From NCBI GenBank assembly GCA_963827755.1, contig CAWHCQ010000037.1, positions 1 through 64,000 on the forward strand: DNA of 64,000 nucleotides, in the 5' to 3' direction. Within the stretch, counting starts at the first letter, position 1. Each line of letters begins with the position of its first letter. Under the pieces are notes generated by a model that saw only the letters and a program-made list of their open reading frames with translations, made no database searches and was not told the DNA's origin. The DNA is from an uncultured Gammaproteobacteria bacterium. Lineage in GTDB: Bacteria > Pseudomonadota > Gammaproteobacteria > UBA9214. Made by a program: the position numbers and the translations under genes. Shown in pieces: positions 1-9,026 of the stretch.

Positions 1-714
1 GGCAAATAAACGCAGTTTCAAACAGGCTGGTGCAGTACCAGGAGGGGCGCAAGGTCAGAAACGCACAGGCCCGTGCCATGGGCAAGCGTAGCCGCTCCGG
101 GCAAAAAGATCTGAACAGGCCTGGCTCAGTGCAGAGGTGGATGCGCTCTATCGCCTGGCCCGCAGCAGGGGTGCGCGTCCCGAAGCCCCATGGGGTTGCG
201 ATGGCGTGCTGCTGATGGAGTTGATAAGCACCGCCGATGGCAGCGCCGCCCCACGACTTAATGATATGACGATCAGCGCTGGATTGGCACGCAAGCTATC
301 ACAGCCAACTGATTGCGGAAATCGTACGTATGCTCTCGCCGGACTCGTCCATGGGGACCTGTCGCAGTACAACGTCCTGGTCGACGAGGAGGGGCCAGTC
401 ATCATTGATCTGCCACAGCGGTCGATGCCGCTGGTGATAAATAGTCCCGGCCAGTGATGCTGACGTGGTGATTGTAGACAATATGGCAATGTATTTCGGC
501 CGGTTTGATACGCATTTCTAAGAGAACGGATTATGGCCAAGGAAATCTGGGCGCTCTATGAAAGCGGTAACCTCCATCCCCGACACGCAGCTGAGCGGAC
601 GCTTTGAGCGCAGTACAGTGGACGCCGATGTCGCAGCGATTACTGGAGGTCATTGAAGATGCACGTGAACAGGAAGCCGAGCGTCGTCAACGGGCGCTGG
701 CGGCAGAAGAGTAA
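1..714 (+). pseudogene. RIO1-family protein kinase, fragmented and 5'-truncated by the window
   Basis: Pieces in different frames: YQEGRKVRN..ARAMGKRSR and AGLVHGDLSQYNVLVDEEGPVIIDLPQ (RIO-type HGDLS-YN and IIDLPQ motifs); likely stop at 712-714. Confidence 0.75.
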
Positions 715-732
715 ACGGGGTATGTCCCTGCT

Positions 733-1486
733 TTATGCCGTTTTATGGGGTCTTGCTTGAAAAACAGACTGAGCGATTCGTACACTTTGTGGATAGGTGT
801 CTCTGGAGTAAACCCGGTTTTTGGAAAATACTTCACTGAGGACGGCAAGAAACTCGGCAGGGGCGGTTGCAGCATATCGGTCCAGCCCTGGTTTTGGATT
901 ATGCTGAAAATCCTCAAAGGCGTAGGTAAAGACTTTTGACCAGTTTTTTGAATTGATGTCAGTGTGCATGGGCGGGAAGCCGTCTGCTGCGCCATTTTGC
1001 ATATCCAGCTTGTGGACAAATTCGTGGATGACGACGTTGTGTCCATCTCTTATCCCGGCGTGTTCAGACATGATTCCAGGACAGGACGACCGGGCCACGT
1101 TGCCATGCCTCGCCGCTGAGTTCACTCCTGGTGTTATGCGCCACGCCGAATTCATCCATTACTGTTCTTTCCGGTGCAAAGCTCGCCGGGTATACGATGA
1201 TGGACGACCATCCCGAATACCAGTCGATCCCGAGATGCAAAATGGGCAGGCAGGCCTGTAGTGCGATGAGCAAGGTCATTTCCTCGCTAACTTCAAGGCC
1301 TTGGGCGCCAAAGAATTCCTTTTCATGGAGAAATAGTATCGCAAGATCCTGCAGGGTTTTTATTTCTTCACCAGACAGGTAGTCAAGTAGCGATAACTGT
1401 GCAACCGCTTTGTCCCAGTACACGGGGGATATTGTGTTGCGTGCAATGATGCGTTGCTGTCGCCATTTTTTCAGAATTTTAAACAT
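733..1486 (-). CDS. Zinc-dependent peptidase, M90/MtfA family, frameshifted near 1070
   Basis: N-half has IALQACLPILHLGIDWY..GEAWQRGPVVLSW; C-half has DGHNVVIHEFVHKLDM (HExxH) and YAATAPAEFLAVLSEVF. Confidence 0.8.
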
Positions 1487-1813
1487 AGACTGCGCTTCGC
1501 AATGGTTATCCCCTCTGGTATGCGATTGAGCATACGGGCAAGTTAGCCAACGGCAACAGTGTTGCTGTTTCGAACCAGTGATGCAAGATCGAGAAGAGGG
1601 TTTTCAGAAATATCTGCTTGAGCGCCATGGCGAATCTGCCCATGGGAAAAAAAAGGGGCCGGATACATTTTCGAATCAAGTTCGAAAATGTCACTCCAAA
1701 TGCTGCATGAAATATGCTGGTGCATGGTAAAAAGATAGTCAAGCCGCAGCGGCAAGAACCATATAGTACTATTTCTTTTTATGTAGATTATCACATCAGG
1801 TAGTTTTTATATA

Positions 1814-1829
1814 GTAACTCATATGTTAC
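1814..1829. promoter_or_regulatory. Palindromic operator of the toxin-antitoxin operon
   Basis: GTAAC-N6-GTTAC ending 7 bp before the toxin ATG; autoregulation is inferred. Confidence 0.55.
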
Positions 1830-1836
1830 CATAAGA

Positions 1837-2166
1837 ATGGTGGAAATTAGAGAATACCTGGATAGAGATGGACATAGCCCATATGCCAGGTGGTTTGATC
1901 GACTGAACGCAGCCGCTGCTGTGAAGGTCGTCACAGCGATACACCGAATGGAGCAGGGTAATTTTTCTAATGTTAAAGGTGTTGGCGCCGGGGTATATGA
2001 GTATCGGATTAGTTTTGGTCCCGGCTATCGGATTTACTTTGGTAAGGATGGAGACAAGTTGGTCATATTACTCGCTGGTGGTACCAAGAAGCGCCAGGAT
2101 GCCGACATCAAGGCAGCGCAAGCGTATTGGCAAGACTACAAGCGGCGAAAACGGCAAGAGGTGTAA
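1837..2166 (+). CDS. Type II toxin, RelE/ParE family (addiction module killer type)
   Basis: GNFSNVKGVGAGVYEYRISFGPGYRIYFGKDGDKLVILLAGGTKKRQ signature. Confidence 0.9.
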   Translation: MVEIREYLDRDGHSPYARWFDRLNAAAAVKVVTAIHRMEQGNFSNVKGVGAGVYEYRISFGPGYRIYFGKDGDKLVILLAGGTKKRQDADIKAAQAYWQDYKRRKRQEV

Positions 2167-2168
2167 TC

Positions 2169-2492
2169 ATGGCATTAACTAAAGATTTTAAAGAAACAAT
2201 TCAGGCACGCGCACAACGCGATTCTGTGTTTCGCAAAGCCTTGCTTCAAGAAGGTACTGAATGTTTGCTCGCGGGTGATATTGACACCGGTAAAGCGGTC
2301 CTGCGCGATTATATTAATGCGACGATTGGATTTGAGGAATTATCGGAGGTTTTTGGTAAATCTAGCAAAAGCCTTATGCGTATGTTCAGCCCGAAGGGGA
2401 ATCCACAAGCCAGTAATTTGCTCGGAGTCATCAGTTACCTACAGGAGAAGGAGGGCGTTCATCTGGAAGTAAAGGCGCGGAAGGTTGCGTAA
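2169..2492 (+). CDS. Antitoxin / HTH regulator (addiction module antidote type)
   Basis: MALTKDFKETIQARAQRD..LRDYINATIGFEELS..KSLMRMFSPKGNP; starts 2 bp after the toxin stop. Confidence 0.85.
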   Translation: MALTKDFKETIQARAQRDSVFRKALLQEGTECLLAGDIDTGKAVLRDYINATIGFEELSEVFGKSSKSLMRMFSPKGNPQASNLLGVISYLQEKEGVHLEVKARKVA

Positions 2493-2671
2493 CGAGATGT
2501 GCCAATTTTTTTGTTGATGTAGATCGGTACATGGTTTCGGTGTCGATCATCCGTAATGAGTCCGTATCACAGCATCTGTCAACTGCCGGTTTTCATCCTG
2601 GCGAAGAGTAGTTAGGGTTGGCTCAGAAGGGGTCGGTTTAGCCAGTCGTCAGCTCCGGAATCCGGACACAA

Positions 2672-2696
2672 AAATGTTGCCCAAATGTTGCCCAAA
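2672..2696. repeat. Tandem 11-bp direct repeat, possible integrase arm-type site
   Basis: AAATGTTGCCC twice in tandem, about 130 bp from the tmRNA 3' fragment. Confidence 0.5.
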
Positions 2697-2827
2697 AAGT
2701 AATGATTTCAGGGCAAGTTGAATATAGAAGTTTGCAGAAATTCGTGCTTTTTCAGACTTTTAGCGTGCCGCCCTGGTGGGCGGCCGCGGGTTAAAATGTT
2801 TAAGAAAAACCAATAAAAACAACAAAT

Positions 2828-2850
2828 TGGTGGAGGCGGCGGGAATCGAA
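2828..2850 (-). repeat. ssrA: Intronless tmRNA-type 3' end fragment (att-like duplication)
   Basis: Minus strand TTCGATTCCCGCCGCCTCCACCA = T-loop, T-stem 3' strand, acceptor 3' strand with U70, and ACCA; no T-stem 5' strand upstream. Confidence 0.85.
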
Positions 2851-2915
2851 TAGAGGATTATCCGAGCTACATTAACTCCGTCTTGAGTTCCTTATAGTTT
2901 GAGCATTTATTAGAT

Positions 2916-3350
2916 TCAGGGTTTTATTTCCAGGACGCTGTTTTCAAACTGTGTGCGTAATGCCTGCTTTTCGGGAGTGTATTTCCCGTTACGTGGTGTC
3001 AGTTTAATGTAATCACGCAGGATCAGTGCGGCTCGCCTGGATTTATAGCCCCTTAGATTGGCGAATACCTGTTCCAGCAGGTCCATGGCCTGTCGGTTGT
3101 AGATAGCATAGACATAGCTTGGGGAGTGGTGGGCTTTTGCTATACGTTTGTTGGTGATCTTGCCGACACCGGTTGTGCTCAGGACGAATTCCAGCAGATT
3201 TTTCTCGGTACTGCTGATGCTGATGGCGAGCTGGCGGTTCTCGTTGCGGTGTTTACGGGTAAGGGTGATAGTGCCCTCACCATCTATCAGGCCGGCGATA
3301 TACGCGGCATCTACCGGTGTGAGAACATTTACAGGTCGAGCAGTGGCCAT
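2916..3350 (-). CDS. LAGLIDADG homing endonuclease, single motif, free-standing
   Basis: 144 aa with AAYIAGLIDGEGTI motif, followed by LAISISSTEKNLLEFV..GVGKI as in the LAGLIDADG fold. Confidence 0.9.
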   Translation of the reverse strand: MATARPVNVLTPVDAAYIAGLIDGEGTITLTRKHRNENRQLAISISSTEKNLLEFVLSTTGVGKITNKRIAKAHHSPSYVYAIYNRQAMDLLEQVFANLRGYKSRRAALILRDYIKLTPRNGKYTPEKQALRTQFENSVLEIKP

Positions 3351-3365
3351 TCACAATTGTACTAG

Positions 3366-3393
3366 AAAACGGCCCTGGCTGATGCCAGGGCCG
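3366..3393 (-). terminator. Intrinsic terminator after the tmRNA-type 3' exon
   Basis: Minus strand CGGCCCTGGC-ATCA-GCCAGGGCCG followed by TTTT, 5 nt after CCA. Confidence 0.8.
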
Positions 3394-3398
3394 GTAGT

Positions 3399-3415
3399 TG
3401 GTGGAGGCGGCGGGA
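3399..3415 (-). ncRNA. ssrA: tmRNA-type 3' exon
   Basis: TCCCGCCGCCTCCACCA directly after the intron terminal G; identical to 2828-2844. Confidence 0.8.
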
Positions 3416-3687
3416 CAGCTGGTTCCATACCTTTCGATATGGGCTGGACTATTCCTTCACCTGCCGTAGTCAGCAGGGGAGAGCGTGTTGTAGGTTATTG
3501 CCCTCTGGCATCAACCTACCCTAGTACTCCATGGGGAACTTCCCGTTAGGAGCCTATGAGTCTCTAGCCGGCTTACTGGTTTCCCATTCACCGGACGGCG
3601 TTGGCATAGGACCCCTGTCCCTTAGCGTTCACCGTATGAGCTCTCTTTTTCCAACAGGGATCACTCCCTGTGGCGACCATTGTGTTA
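3416..3687 (-). ncRNA. Group I intron, 272 nt, IA-like
   Basis: Minus strand: IGS GGUCG pairs with upstream CGAU; P2 ACAGGGA/UCCCUGU; P3 GAGAGC/GCUCUC; P AUACGGUGAAC; Q AACGCCGUCC; R UAGAGACUCA; extra helices between P7 and P3'; P8 CCUGC/GCAGG; S AAGGAAUAGUCC; P9 with GAAA loop; terminal G at 3416. Confidence 0.88.
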
Positions 3688-3722
3688 ATCGACTCATGCA
3701 GGGCTTGAAAAGGTAATTGATT

Positions 3723-4607
3723 ATGATGCGAATAGCACTGTTTCTGGCGACCAATGCGGCCATCCTGGTCCTGATCAGCGTGGTCTTTCAGGCCCTTGGG
3801 ATCGAGGGTGTTCTGGCCGAAAACGGGGTGGACCTGAACCTGCAGGCCCTGCTGGTGATGTCCGCCGTCATCGGTTTCAGCGGTTCCTTTATCTCGCTGG
3901 CCATGTCCAAGTTCCTGGCCAAGCGGTCCATGGGTGTCAGGCTGATCGAACAGCCGGCCAGTGAAGCCGAGCGCTGGCTGGTGGACACGGTGAAGCGCCA
4001 GGCGCAGATGGCGCGTATCGGCATGCCGGAGGTCGGTATCTTCGACTCGCCGCAGCCGAATGCCTTTGCGACCGGCATGCGGCGCAACAATGCACTGGTT
4101 GCCGTGAGCACCGGCCTGCTGCAGCGCATGAACAGTGATGAGGTCGAGGCGGTGCTGGCCCACGAGATCACCCATGTCAGCAACGGCGACATGGTGACGA
4201 TGGGTTTGATACAGGGCGTGGTGAATACCTTTGTGATCTTCCTTTCGCGCATCATCGGTCATGTCGTTGACCGGGTCGTGTTCAAGACCCAGCGCGGTTA
4301 CGGTCCGGCCTATTACATCACCTCGATTGTCGCCCAGGTGTTTCTGTCCTTCCTCGCGTCAATGATCGTGATGTGGTTTTCACGCCGGCGTGAATTCCGC
4401 GCCGATGCCGGGGGCGCCTCGCTGGCCGGGCGTGAAAAGATGATCAGTGCCCTGCAGGCCCTGCAGCGGGAAAGTAAGCCGCATGATCTGCCGGGTGAAT
4501 TTGCGGCCTTTGGGATTTCCGGTGGACTGGGCAGCGGCATCAAGAAGCTGTTTATGACCCATCCGCCGCTGGAAGTGCGCATTGCAGCCCTGCGGGCGGC
4601 TGCCTGA
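3723..4607 (+). CDS. htpX: Protease HtpX
   Basis: [15 protein letters not shown]; PNAFATG; LAHEITH (HExxH); [12 protein letters not shown]; THPPL. Confidence 0.95.
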   Translation: MMRIALFLATNAAILVLISVVFQALGIEGVLAENGVDLNLQALLVMSAVIGFSGSFISLAMSKFLAKRSMGVRLIEQPASEAERWLVDTVKRQAQMARIGMPEVGIFDSPQPNAFATGMRRNNALVAVSTGLLQRMNSDEVEAVLAHEITHVSNGDMVTMGLIQGVVNTFVIFLSRIIGHVVDRVVFKTQRGYGPAYYITSIVAQVFLSFLASMIVMWFSRRREFRADAGGASLAGREKMISALQALQRESKPHDLPGEFAAFGISGGLGSGIKKLFMTHPPLEVRIAALRAAA

Positions 4608-4617
4608 GTACAGCCTG

Positions 4618-4824
4618 TCAGGGCAGGGGGCCGGTCTTTAACGCGGGTTCGTCGGGGAACAGTTCACGCAGGTCGTCATGGGAGAGCGCTTCGCCTTTTT
4701 CCTCATAGCGCTGCCAGAGCTTCTCCCGGCGGTCATCGTCAAAGTAGAATCCGGCCGGCAGGATGCAGACCGGTTCCCGCCGGTGGTCGGTGATGACCCT
4801 GGGTTCTTTCAGTTTTCCGGACAT
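4618..4824 (-). CDS. Small hypothetical protein
   Basis: 68-aa ORF filling the gap between htpX and the CRP-family gene. Confidence 0.55.
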   Translation of the reverse strand: MSGKLKEPRVITDHRREPVCILPAGFYFDDDRREKLWQRYEEKGEALSHDDLRELFPDEPALKTGPLP

Positions 4825-4954
4825 GCGGGCGGTGATGTATATTTTGGGCTACCTTGGTAAGATACAAGACAATCCGGACAGTGCAATACCCTGACCTGCG
4901 CTTTTTGTGCTACCGGTTCACCTCAGAAATGGAATTTACAGAAAAGGCATAATA

Positions 4955-5596
4955 ATGCTGGAAAATATTCCCCTGTTTTCCGGGCTCTCGCAACAGGCAC
5001 TGGCCAAAATCGAGCAGCACAGTTCTGTCAAGTCCTGCAAGAAGCATACGATCGTTATTAACCAGGACGATGAAACCTACACCCTGTATGTCATCCTCTC
5101 GGGCAGCGTTAAGGTCTATATCAGCGGTGAAGACGGGCGTGAAGTGGTGTTGAATCACCAGACGGCCGGCGACTACTTTGGCGATCTCGCAATGATTGAC
5201 AAGCAGCCGCGCGTGGCCTCGGTGATGACGACCGAGCCGTCGAAATTCATGCTTATCTCGCGTGAGGATTTTATGAGCTGTCTTTCGGAAAATCCGGACA
5301 TTGCAATCAACCTTATCAGGCCGATGACCAGTCGTATGAGGATGCTGGCAAAAAATGTCAGCAGCCTGGCGTTGCTCGATGTCTATGGACGTGTTGCGCG
5401 GACACTGCTTGATCAGTCGGAGAAGCAGGGCGATGTTCTGGTTACCGAGAAGCTGACGCAGCAGGAGATTGCCGACATGGTTGGTGCATCGCGTGCCATG
5501 GTCAGTCGTATCCTTAAAGACCTGAAAGAGGGTGGCTATATCTCGATTGAGAAGAAGCACATTACCATCCATCAAAAACTGCCTGCCCACTGGTAA
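4955..5596 (+). CDS. CRP/FNR-family transcriptional regulator
   Basis: cNMP domain (LYVILSGSVKV, GDYFGDLAMID..PRVASV) and HTH LTQQEIADMVGASRAMVSRILK. Confidence 0.92.
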   Translation: MLENIPLFSGLSQQALAKIEQHSSVKSCKKHTIVINQDDETYTLYVILSGSVKVYISGEDGREVVLNHQTAGDYFGDLAMIDKQPRVASVMTTEPSKFMLISREDFMSCLSENPDIAINLIRPMTSRMRMLAKNVSSLALLDVYGRVARTLLDQSEKQGDVLVTEKLTQQEIADMVGASRAMVSRILKDLKEGGYISIEKKHITIHQKLPAHW

Positions 5597-5664
5597 TACC
5601 CGACGCTACAGGTTCCGGCTGTGCTGTCAGTCCTCGACAGAAAATACCACCGTTTTACTCATCG

Positions 5665-6252
5665 TCAAGGGAACGGAAAGGCCCGCATGGGTTTTGCCAT
5701 GTCGTTCACGTTCCCGGACATGCGGCCGACTATCCTGTTCATGTCCGTGAACTGGTTATTCAGTACCTGCATGCTGCCGGTCATGTTTGCAACGCTGTTG
5801 GTCATATTCCCCAGACTGATATTCATCTGGTTCAGCTGGTCAACCATGGTGTGCATGTCCGAACTCAGGTTGCCCAGGTTCGAGTCCATGCTGCCTACCG
5901 ACTGGCTCAGGGCAGGCATTACCGTGATGTTTTCATTGAGTCTGTCGAGGGTGGTCTGCATGCGGGGCATGGTCTGTGCAACCACGACGAAGTTTTTATC
6001 CATGGTGTCCATGTATCCCGACATGTCATCCATGTGCTCGGTGATCGCGGAAAAGTCCTTGGCGAGAATGAATACCAGGTAGAACAATGCCAGGCCCAGC
6101 GCCAGCATGCCGACCATTCCGAAACGGATGATTTGAGTGGTGCGCTTGCCGATGCGAATGCTGAGTTGTTCCCTGTGGTACATACTCTCGTTGAATTCGC
6201 GCATGGCGCTTTCAATGATTTCTGCCACTTCTCTCGTATTATTATTTTCCAT
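5665..6252 (-). CDS. Membrane-anchored Met/Asn-rich coiled-coil protein
   Basis: One TM segment (FGMVGMLALGLALFYLVFIL) then a long heptad-like repeat; AGGA upstream of the start. Confidence 0.75.
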   Translation of the reverse strand: MENNNTREVAEIIESAMREFNESMYHREQLSIRIGKRTTQIIRFGMVGMLALGLALFYLVFILAKDFSAITEHMDDMSGYMDTMDKNFVVVAQTMPRMQTTLDRLNENITVMPALSQSVGSMDSNLGNLSSDMHTMVDQLNQMNISLGNMTNSVANMTGSMQVLNNQFTDMNRIVGRMSGNVNDMAKPMRAFPFP

Positions 6253-6281
6253 GTTTCCTGCTCGATGCTGCTGTTTGATTA

Positions 6282-9026
6282 TTATGTCAGTCTGTGTGTT
6301 GTCGCGGATAGCCTGCCTGCCAGTATGCCGTTCAGGTTCCTGAATACCTTGGTGGCGATGAACGGGTAACGACGGCTGAGGCGATCAAGATTGGCCTGTG
6401 TCAGGACCAGCAGCCTGCAGTCCTGCGCGGCATCCACATTGGCGGTTCGCTTTGCAAAGAACAGCCCGGCCTCGCCGACGACATCGCCGCGCTCGTGTGT
6501 GGCAACCTCGACACGTCGTCCTTCTTTCTCGATGGAGGTGCCCAGTTTTCCTTCTATAACCACGTACATTTCAGAGGCACTGTCGCCGTCGTTGATGATG
6601 CGTTTGCCCATTGGTACGTTGATGATCTTGCCCATGATGGCGACGATCTTGGCCTGCGAAGGCCGCAGTCCTTTCAGCAGGGGAATCGATTCCTGCGGGC
6701 TCTTGCCCAGGTCGACTGTCAGCACATCCCAGAGGGTGGTGATGCGGAAGGATGCGCTCAGTGCCGGGGTCAGCAGGAAGTCACTGAGCCAGGCGACTGC
6801 AAGTGCATAGGACGCCATGATGCCGACCTGTGCCTGCATGCGCAGTTCGCTTGTCATCAGTACCAGGAATCCGAGGCAAAGCCCGATCGATGTGTAGGTC
6901 ACGGGTCTGCCGACCGCCTTGAGCGTGACCAGTGTCGTCTTTTTCTCATCGGCATAGTGCTGTATCTCGCGGCTGAATCGCGAGAAGTAATGGATGGTGT
7001 CGTCAATCGCGATGCCGAGCACCATCGGTGCAATCAGGCTGGTGCTGGGGTTCAGGCTGATGCCGAAGAAACCCAGCGAGCCAAAATATATTGCAACCGG
7101 CAGCACGTTCGGTATGAGCGCAATAAAGCCGACCCGTTGTGACATGAACATGATCGACAGGATGCCGTAGACGATAACCAGTGCCAGGCCGATACTTCTT
7201 GCCTGTCCGATAATAATATCCGCAAGCGTCTCGCTGATGAGTACCGGGTTACCGGTGACGGTAGCTGTGGATTGCCCGGGCAATTCCTCGAGATGGTCAC
7301 GGATGCGGCCGATGAGCAAGGACATGTCATCGGAATCAATGACCTTTGAACTGACGACAATGGTGGTCGTCTTGTAGCGTGAATCGACGATTCTTTCCAG
7401 GTCATCGGTGGAGCTGAGAAACAGCAGCTGGGTGGTCAGGCGTTTGCTCGCGGGGATGCTGTAGAACGCCGGGTCATTCTCGTGGAAGGCCTGGTTTACC
7501 AGCTTCAGGTAATCCACGATGGAAATCGTGCCGCCAATCTCGGGCTGCTGCTCAAGCCATACCTGGAGTTCCTGCAGAATCTCGAGATTCTGCGGCTCCT
7601 TGAAGGCATTGCTGTGGTTGCCTTCCACGACGATATAAAACGGGTTGGCGCCGCCGAGGTTCTCGTTGACGAATTCAAAGCCCTTGCGAACATCCGATTC
7701 GCTGGAGAAGTTTGTAATCGACTCCGTACTGACATGAATCCGGGTCATGCCGGCCAGGGCAAGCAGGAAGATGATCGCAGACCCGGTAAAAATCAGGCGG
7801 CTGTGTTTGAGGTCAAATACGGCTACCTTTTCAACGAAGCGATCGAATCCATTTTTTACCCCGGCAGAGGTGCCGGATTTCCATTTGCCCTGTGTGAAAT
7901 CCAGCGCCTTCAGCAGTGCCGGGGTGAAGGTCACTGAAAGTATCGATATGTAAACCACGCCGATGGCGGAAAAGATACCGAACTCCTTGACCGCCTCGAT
8001 CGGGTTGGCAATCAGGGCGACGAAGCCGGCTATGGTTGTCAGGCCGGTCAACAGCACCGGCAATGTCATGTGCCCCAGAGTGTCGATGACGACATTATTG
8101 CTCGATGAATCCTGCCGGCGCAGCTGGTGGTATTCAGAAACCACGTGGACTGAATACGACAGCCCGAGAATCATCAGCAGGGGAGGCACCAGGATCGAGA
8201 TCATGCTCAGTGAGTAGCCAAGTGCCGCGATGGTCCCCAGGGTGAAAACCACGCCGAGGCCGACCGTGACCAGCGGCACGATGACGCCGAGCACGGTGCG
8301 AAAGGAGAGCGCAAGAATAATGGCCAGCACCAGCGTGATCATCGGGGGAATCCACGTCAGGTCCTTGACCAGCATGTCGAGCATGGCCACTTTCAGGTAG
8401 GGTGTGCCGGTCATGAATATTTCATGACCACCCCGCTCATCCTCGATGGCTTTCAGGATCTGTTCGTGTGTGCCGCCATTTATATATTCACGGTCGGAAA
8501 TATCATTGAAATAGACAACCAGCGCGCTAGCCTTGCTGTCGGTTGAAACAAGCTTGCCTGCATATACAGGGTTGGCAAGCACCCGTGACCTGATTTCATC
8601 GAGGCTGCTGCTGCCGTCTTCCAGTCTGCTGATGAACGGCGAGATATCGAGATCGTCCTCGACACTGCGTATGTCGACGACATTGGCAAGCGATACGACG
8701 TGGTGAACGTCAGGGATGGATTCGATGCGTTTTGTTAACTGTTCGATGACATCGAGCGTTTCCGCGGTGAAGATATCGTCAGAGGTCAGTGTGATAATCA
8801 GTGTTTCGTCATTGCCGAAGATGCGCCGGGTGTGATCGTAGAACTGTTTTGCCGGCTGATCCCTGGAGAGGAGGCGATTGGCAGAGGGGTCGATGTTGAG
8901 GCGTATTTCGCCGCTGCGTGGATCAATAATGGCACTCAGTGCCAGTGCCGCGAAAACCAGTATGACCAGAAGGGTTAAGCCGGTGTGCCGGGAGACCAGT
9001 CCGGAGAGTTTCCTGGTGATGCCCAT
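6282..9026 (-). CDS. MMPL/RND-family transporter with C-terminal cNMP-binding domain
   Basis: Two TM repeats with GIAIDDTIH motif; C-terminal MYVVIEG..GDVVGEAGLF..RTANV. Confidence 0.88.
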   Translation of the reverse strand: MGITRKLSGLVSRHTGLTLLVILVFAALALSAIIDPRSGEIRLNIDPSANRLLSRDQPAKQFYDHTRRIFGNDETLIITLTSDDIFTAETLDVIEQLTKRIESIPDVHHVVSLANVVDIRSVEDDLDISPFISRLEDGSSSLDEIRSRVLANPVYAGKLVSTDSKASALVVYFNDISDREYINGGTHEQILKAIEDERGGHEIFMTGTPYLKVAMLDMLVKDLTWIPPMITLVLAIILALSFRTVLGVIVPLVTVGLGVVFTLGTIAALGYSLSMISILVPPLLMILGLSYSVHVVSEYHQLRRQDSSSNNVVIDTLGHMTLPVLLTGLTTIAGFVALIANPIEAVKEFGIFSAIGVVYISILSVTFTPALLKALDFTQGKWKSGTSAGVKNGFDRFVEKVAVFDLKHSRLIFTGSAIIFLLALAGMTRIHVSTESITNFSSESDVRKGFEFVNENLGGANPFYIVVEGNHSNAFKEPQNLEILQELQVWLEQQPEIGGTISIVDYLKLVNQAFHENDPAFYSIPASKRLTTQLLFLSSTDDLERIVDSRYKTTTIVVSSKVIDSDDMSLLIGRIRDHLEELPGQSTATVTGNPVLISETLADIIIGQARSIGLALVIVYGILSIMFMSQRVGFIALIPNVLPVAIYFGSLGFFGISLNPSTSLIAPMVLGIAIDDTIHYFSRFSREIQHYADEKKTTLVTLKAVGRPVTYTSIGLCLGFLVLMTSELRMQAQVGIMASYALAVAWLSDFLLTPALSASFRITTLWDVLTVDLGKSPQESIPLLKGLRPSQAKIVAIMGKIINVPMGKRIINDGDSASEMYVVIEGKLGTSIEKEGRRVEVATHERGDVVGEAGLFFAKRTANVDAAQDCRLLVLTQANLDRLSRRYPFIATKVFRNLNGILAGRLSATTHRLT

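Noticed and set aside
1506-1794. Short minus-strand ORFs upstream of the M90 peptidase
   Set aside because: No motif or clear start signal; they cannot be supported as genes from sequence alone
2500-3415. Two-piece (permuted) tmRNA gene
   Set aside because: No GGGGGCG coding piece follows either CCA end; one is followed by a terminator and the other by att-like DNA
3148-3716. Plus-strand ORFs overlapping the endonuclease and intron
   Set aside because: No recognisable motifs; they are antisense to better-supported features
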